Shown here: positions 59,147 to 64,000 of the stretch, in pieces | Numbering within the stretch: the first letter of the stretch is position 1 | Layout of the letters: the number at the start of each line of letters is the position of its first letter | NCBI GenBank assembly: GCA_018822545.1 | Contig: JAHJKA010000089.1 | Location: forward strand, 921 to 64,920 | Source: Pseudomonadota bacterium | GTDB lineage: Bacteria; Desulfobacterota; Desulfobulbia; Desulfobulbales; SURF-16 | Length of the DNA stretch: 64,000 nucleotides | Direction of reading: 5' to 3' | Made by a program: the position numbers and the translations under genes | Notes under the pieces: generated by a model | What the model was told of the DNA's origin: nothing | The model's database searches: none | Seen by the model: only the letters and a program-made list of their open reading frames with translations

Positions 59147-59453
59147 TGGCTGCATGGAAGTCGTAGCCTACCCCCTATTTATCATGGAAGTTCTGCCACA
59201 CTTTCTTTGTTCTCGCAATTGAGGGAGTCAAAATTTCCTTATTACGGGCCGACCGTTTCAGCAAGTCTTGCCGTACTATTTAATTTTACTGCCACAGCCT
59301 TTACATATGATTTCGTATAGTTAGCACAACCAGACCCCAGCGGCAAAATCAAATATTGCGTGAAAATTTTCTGATTGATAGGTTGTGACCATAAAGTCTT
59401 CTTTTATCTCAAATGCTCATAATGAAATGGCAAACCTTTTCCTGGGGTAATCA

Positions 59454-60998
59454 ATGTTTGATAAAGCGCTGCAATTCTATCTCAATCATTTTACCTTTCA
59501 GGGGATGACGAACCTGATTCTGGTATTTGTCACTCTTACCCTGACAACCGTAATCCTGCTTGGCCCTAAGAAAAAGCAGCCTGAGGATTCCGTGCATCCT
59601 TTGTTCGGTCGTTACACCAGGCACATTCCAAATATCATATCCCTGCTGCGTTTTCCCCTTGGCATCTGGGTATTCTGCGTCCATTACTTTACCGCCTTCC
59701 ACACTCCCCTGGCAAATTTCAGCTTTCATCTTTGCTTTGCCCTGATCTGCATCCTGGACAATCTTGATGGTAAATTTGCCCGGAAATGGAATGCCGTAAC
59801 CGAAGACGGTAAGACCCTGGATCCGGCAGCCGACAAATGGGTGACCTTTTGTCTGGCGGTCACTGCCTATCTTTATGGTGATTTCCGCTGGTGGGGGGTG
59901 GCGATTATCTTTGGCCGCGAAATCATCAGTATGGTGCAGCGCTTTCGCCTCAAACGCCGCGGCGAAGATGTCAGCGCCCAATGGTTGGGCAAGATCAAGG
60001 CCGGCGTCCAGTTTACCGTTCTCTATATTTTTCTGCTCAGGGTGGATGTTTTGCCCGGCACCATATTCCTTGAGGCTATAGCCCAGGCATTCCCGGCCAA
60101 TATGATGTTGTGGGGCACCATCCTATTATGTTTCTGCACGGTGATATCCCTGTTTCCTTTTTTCCGTTCGTTTTCCTATGTCAATGCCTATACCCAATCC
60201 CAACGGCAAGAATCAAACAAGCCGTGGTATATTGTTTTGATCCCGAATATCTTTACCCTGGGTAATTATCTTTGCGGTGTTACTGCGGTGTTTTTCGCCA
60301 TGCCGGAAGTGGAGGTCCAGAATCGTTCCTTTGTCGTGCTTTTCTGGATTCTGTCGGCCGCACTCTGCGATGCTTTTGATGGTCCCATTGCCAGAAAATT
60401 AAATGCCCACTCGGACTTCGGGGCCACTCTTGATTCGTCCACTGATCTTTCCACCTTTGGCCTCGCCACGGCGGTTATCATCTATTTGCGCTTTTCGGAA
60501 CTGAAGGGCGCCCTGTCTCATATGGGTATTGCTCTTGCCCTTGTCTATTTCCTCTACGTGCATCTTCGTCTGGCATATTTTACCAAACTGGCAGAACTTA
60601 AGGAGGACAAGAGCACTAAAAGCGATTTCGTCGGGATGCCTTCGCCAACAGGAGCTGTTTCGGTATTGGTGGCCTTTACCTTTTTTGAGAACATCTACAT
60701 GTTAGCATTATCAATTGTTCTCATCTCCCTGCTCATGTACAGCAAGCTTGATTTTATCAGCCACTCAAACTCAATCAAACACAAGCTTTACAAATACTTT
60801 CTAATTCCGACTCTGCTTATCGGTTTCACCATGCTGCTGGTCCTTATTTTCCAACAGCCTTTTGTCAGCTCCCATTTTTCCCGGGAACTCATCGTCTATT
60901 TCCACCTGTGCTCATGGTTCCTGGCGGTCCCCATCATCATTTATATATTAGACGCGATCTGCCGGACTTTTTGGACGGGTCAGGGTCGTGCCAACTAA
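59454..60998 (+). CDS. Tandem CDP-alcohol phosphatidyltransferase (PgsA-like + PssA-like fusion)
   Basis: Two full DxxDG(x2)AR...G(x3)D(x3)D motifs: DNLDGKFAR...GKTLDPAAD and DAFDGPIAR...GATLDSSTD. Confidence 0.88.
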   Translation: MFDKALQFYLNHFTFQGMTNLILVFVTLTLTTVILLGPKKKQPEDSVHPLFGRYTRHIPNIISLLRFPLGIWVFCVHYFTAFHTPLANFSFHLCFALICILDNLDGKFARKWNAVTEDGKTLDPAADKWVTFCLAVTAYLYGDFRWWGVAIIFGREIISMVQRFRLKRRGEDVSAQWLGKIKAGVQFTVLYIFLLRVDVLPGTIFLEAIAQAFPANMMLWGTILLCFCTVISLFPFFRSFSYVNAYTQSQRQESNKPWYIVLIPNIFTLGNYLCGVTAVFFAMPEVEVQNRSFVVLFWILSAALCDAFDGPIARKLNAHSDFGATLDSSTDLSTFGLATAVIIYLRFSELKGALSHMGIALALVYFLYVHLRLAYFTKLAELKEDKSTKSDFVGMPSPTGAVSVLVAFTFFENIYMLALSIVLISLLMYSKLDFISHSNSIKHKLYKYFLIPTLLIGFTMLLVLIFQQPFVSSHFSRELIVYFHLCSWFLAVPIIIYILDAICRTFWTGQGRAN

Positions 60999-61203
60999 CG
61001 AATGTCTATTCAGAAATGCGGATTTTCAGAGTCTCGCTGATAAGCGAAGACTTCGAGCTCGCGTACCTGTTCGAGAACGAAAAGCTAAACTTTTGTAAAG
61101 CGCAGCGAACTCGTGTCCGTGAGCACTTGCAAAGTGTAAAGGGCTCCTGTTTCAATAAGTACTGTCCCCGCAATTCCCCAACGCCAATAGCGTCGTGTTC
61201 TCT

Positions 61204-62580
61204 TCACACCCGCACTTTGCCGCGAAAAAGTGAAAAGCCGATACCGATGGTGCACAGGACCACAAAAAACGCGAAGCACATCCGCATGCTTTCCACAAAA
61301 AGAGGGTAATTGTCCGGCCTGATTTCCTCTTTGCCGATGAAATGGGTAAGGAAAACAGTCACGAGAGTCATGCTGCACATCTGCCCGAGAAGCCGCATGG
61401 TGGCAACCGTGCCGGAAGCCAGCCCGTACTGTTTGCGCTCCACCGACCCCATAATCGCACTCATATTCGGCGAGGAAAAAAGGGCAAAGCCGAAGCCAAG
61501 CAGGCCAAGATTAGCGCCGATAAGCCATAATGGGGTTGTTGATCCCAGAAAGACAAAATACGCCAGACCGAAGGCGGTAATCCCCATGCCTGTGGAGGCA
61601 ATCACCCGGGGCTCAATACGGTCAGAAAGCTTACCGGCCGGGGAAGAAAAGAGCGCCATCATCACCGGCTGAATCATCAACACCGTTCCGGCAGTCTGCG
61701 GGCTCATTCCTTTGATATACTGCAGAAAGAGACTGATCTGGAAAGTAACCCCGAAGGTCGCGGCATAGTGGATCAGGGCCGCCAGGCTCGAAAACAGAAA
61801 AGACCGATTTTTCTGAAACAGCCCCACTTCAAAGACCGGGTATCGTCTGTTTTTCTGCAGCCGAAAAAACAGCACCAGTCCGAGGGCTCCGGTCAGGACC
61901 AGCATCACGCCAATGATTTCCGGCATGCGGGTACCGCCATAGACCAGGGAAAAAATAGCCAGCGCGTACACCAGGCTGCCGCCAAGATCAAAGGTCTCGC
62001 CCATCGCCTCCGCCCACTCCCCTTTCAGATAGCGGAGAGTGACATAGAGTGAACCGCCGCCCAAGAGAAAAATAACCACAAAGATCGAACGCCATCCGCA
62101 ATACCGGGTCAGGAACCCTCCGGCAAAAGGGCCGGTGGCCAGACCGACATAGACGGCAGTAACCAGAATACCTAAGGCCCTGCCCCGGCTGGCCGGGGGA
62201 AAAACCAGGGTAAGTATGGCCATGCCGGTGGTCAGAAACATCGCTGCCCCCAACCCCTGAATAACCCGGGTGGTGATGAACAGGCCGATATTCGGCACAA
62301 AAATCGACAGAAAAGATCCGCAGGTAAAAACGATGATGCCGGTCACAAATACTTTCCGGCGGCCATACATATCAGCAAACTTGCCGATCGGAACCAGAAG
62401 AATCCCGGTGGCCAGCAGGTAGGAGGTGGCGATCCAGCCAAGCAATACGGCATTCACTCCTAACTCATGCTGGATGGCAGGAAGGGCCACATTGACCGAG
62501 GAAAGCATGAACGGCGCCATGAAGGCGGTAACCACCGTGACAAAGAGGGTCGATTTTTGAAGTGTTTTTTCCTGGTCCAC
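61204..62580 (-). CDS. MFS drug:H+ antiporter (DHA2/EmrB-QacA-like)
   Basis: VNVALPAI, GKFADMYGRRK, WRSIF and LFSSPN; about 14 TM segments. Confidence 0.9.
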   Translation of the reverse strand: MDQEKTLQKSTLFVTVVTAFMAPFMLSSVNVALPAIQHELGVNAVLLGWIATSYLLATGILLVPIGKFADMYGRRKVFVTGIIVFTCGSFLSIFVPNIGLFITTRVIQGLGAAMFLTTGMAILTLVFPPASRGRALGILVTAVYVGLATGPFAGGFLTRYCGWRSIFVVIFLLGGGSLYVTLRYLKGEWAEAMGETFDLGGSLVYALAIFSLVYGGTRMPEIIGVMLVLTGALGLVLFFRLQKNRRYPVFEVGLFQKNRSFLFSSLAALIHYAATFGVTFQISLFLQYIKGMSPQTAGTVLMIQPVMMALFSSPAGKLSDRIEPRVIASTGMGITAFGLAYFVFLGSTTPLWLIGANLGLLGFGFALFSSPNMSAIMGSVERKQYGLASGTVATMRLLGQMCSMTLVTVFLTHFIGKEEIRPDNYPLFVESMRMCFAFFVVLCTIGIGFSLFRGKVRV

Positions 62581-62961
62581 GATGAGTCCCGGTCAGATAA
62601 AAGCGATGATTTACAAAGGCTGCTGCGCAGAAAGTGTCCAGCAGTCACAGCAGGGTCTGAGCCCCTGATGTTGCTCTGTCTTCATAACTGATTTGCGGTT
62701 TACCCGAAAACTTTTACCAGAGCAAATACCACCACGGCAAACCCTGAACAAAAAGTGCGTTCCGATCTTGAACGAACACAGACCTGATATTTCAAGTCCT
62801 GCCCCGCAGGCTGTGCTCTTGAACAAACGCCACGAGCAAACTTGACCACTTTCGTTTACGCCTGTTTAAAACGTAACGAAAATCATCCCCATTATTAACT
62901 GCCGTGGCCTGACACAAAGACTCATTAGCTAAAATTCGTGGGCTGCCCTTTGTTTACAAGG

Positions 62962-63540
62962 TCACACCCAGAATTTAGGATAACTCCTGGTCCGGGGGAT
63001 GTTGTTGACGATGAGAGCGATCAGCAGCATGATCAACGCCCCGCTGCCCACCGGTATCACGGCATATAAATATCCCAGTTGAGTGATCTGATCGCCGCCG
63101 ATCACCGCGATCAGGGCAGTAGCGCCGCCGGGTGGATGGAGGGTCTTGGTGGCATGCATCGCGGCAATGGCGGTGGCAACGGCCACCGCAGCTGCGAGCA
63201 ACATGAATGGGGTGAAAATCTGATAACAGGCGACCCCGATCACAGCGGAGATGACATGGCCGCCGATCAGGTTCCTGGGTTGGGCAAAAGGGCTTTTCAA
63301 GGAGCCGTAGATCAGCACCGCCGACGCCCCAAAAGAACCAATCACCATGATCAGGGCCGTCTCGCCCAGTAGGTGATAGTGGATACCGGCCACGGCAGCA
63401 ATCCCCAGGAATGCCCCGATCCAGGACCAGACGATCTCAGCCGGGCTCACCATCGGGGGGCTTTTCGTAACCCCCTTCATCTTGCGGAAATAACCGCTGA
63501 CAACCGGTTCATCCTGGCTTTCGTGATATTGCATAATCAA
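62962..63540 (-). CDS. HPP family membrane protein
   Basis: GSFGASAVL, SPFAQPRN and TLHPPGGATAL. Confidence 0.92.
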   Translation of the reverse strand: MIMQYHESQDEPVVSGYFRKMKGVTKSPPMVSPAEIVWSWIGAFLGIAAVAGIHYHLLGETALIMVIGSFGASAVLIYGSLKSPFAQPRNLIGGHVISAVIGVACYQIFTPFMLLAAAVAVATAIAAMHATKTLHPPGGATALIAVIGGDQITQLGYLYAVIPVGSGALIMLLIALIVNNIPRTRSYPKFWV

Positions 63541-63598
63541 CGCCTGTTTTTCTTACAGATCGGAATAAAAATGGGTCATCCCTTTTTAGTGACGAAGT

Positions 63599-63985
63599 TT
63601 ACTTCACCAACAGCATCTTAAAGTCTTCCTTAGCGGTCAGGGCGTGGGAGAGATTCTTCGGCAGGGAGATTTTTTCCCCGGCCGCAACGACATACTCTTT
63701 GCCGTCGATCGCAACCAGCGCGGACCCTTCAAGCACCTGAACAAAGGCGTCGATCGCGATGGTGTGGGCCTCCAACCGCTGCCCTTTCTGAAAGGCGAAC
63801 AATAAAATAACGTAATTTTCGCCCTTGAAGATCGGCTTTTTGACAAAGCCCTCCGCAGAATAGGCAATTGCCTCGGTCAGATTGGCAACATCTTGACCAG
63901 CCAGCTGACTTTCTTTTCCGGCCAGAACCGATATCGGCGCCGACAGCAACAACCCTACCAGGCAAACCATTGCAATAAGTCTCAT
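63599..63985 (-). CDS. Cupin domain protein with signal peptide
   Basis: LFAFQKGQRLEAH, VQVLEG, PKNLSHAL and FKMLL; RBS GGGGAG. Confidence 0.85.
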   Translation of the reverse strand: MRLIAMVCLVGLLLSAPISVLAGKESQLAGQDVANLTEAIAYSAEGFVKKPIFKGENYVILLFAFQKGQRLEAHTIAIDAFVQVLEGSALVAIDGKEYVVAAGEKISLPKNLSHALTAKEDFKMLLVK

Positions 63986-64000
63986 TTCTCCCCCGTTCTT

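Noticed and set aside
61000-61200. Intergenic stretch with fragments reminiscent of attC or REP-transposase ends (GCGCAGCGAA, TACTGTCCCCG)
   Set aside because: No complete inverted-repeat structure or second copy could be established.
62766-62882. Short direct repeats (TCTTGAAC twice) and an imperfect inverted repeat upstream of the MFS gene
   Set aside because: Too short and irregular to distinguish from chance without comparative data.

Overview
A 64 kb chromosomal window from an anaerobic deltaproteobacterium; Desulfobacterota (Desulfobulbales-like) is inferred from gene content only. About 50 protein-coding genes are supported. I found no rRNA, tRNA, CRISPR array, phage or intact transposase. 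Housekeeping and envelope genes include truA, cvfB, topB, pbpC with alpha-2-macroglobulin, pldA, an rsgA paralog, an ABC-F protein, a PEPCK-like enzyme and two MFS transporters. Most interesting: (1) a c-di-GMP-I (GEMM) riboswitch overlapping a terminator (predicted ON switch) ahead of a B12-dependent radical SAM gene; (2) an operon with a Fur-like box and a long leader, encoding a secreted beta-propeller with 3 His + 3 Cys at equivalent blade positions plus CxxCH, a MacB/FtsX-type ABC system with a Cys-Cys motif and a TPR lipoprotein, which is my best candidate for an undescribed metal-handling system; (3) a two-component system, Met-rich lipoprotein and exported MsrAB module; (4) a Cys-rich, PP-ended putative sensory leader ORF ahead of dsbB-dsbA-tlpA; (5) a sigma-54-driven two-gene cellulose-synthase-like unit without bcsB/C/Z; (6) a eukaryote-type PFK-2/FBPase-2; (7) a PgsA-PssA tandem fusion; (8) two degenerate attC-like sites and a MITE/REP-like element. 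All family calls come from motif recognition by eye, not from database searches.
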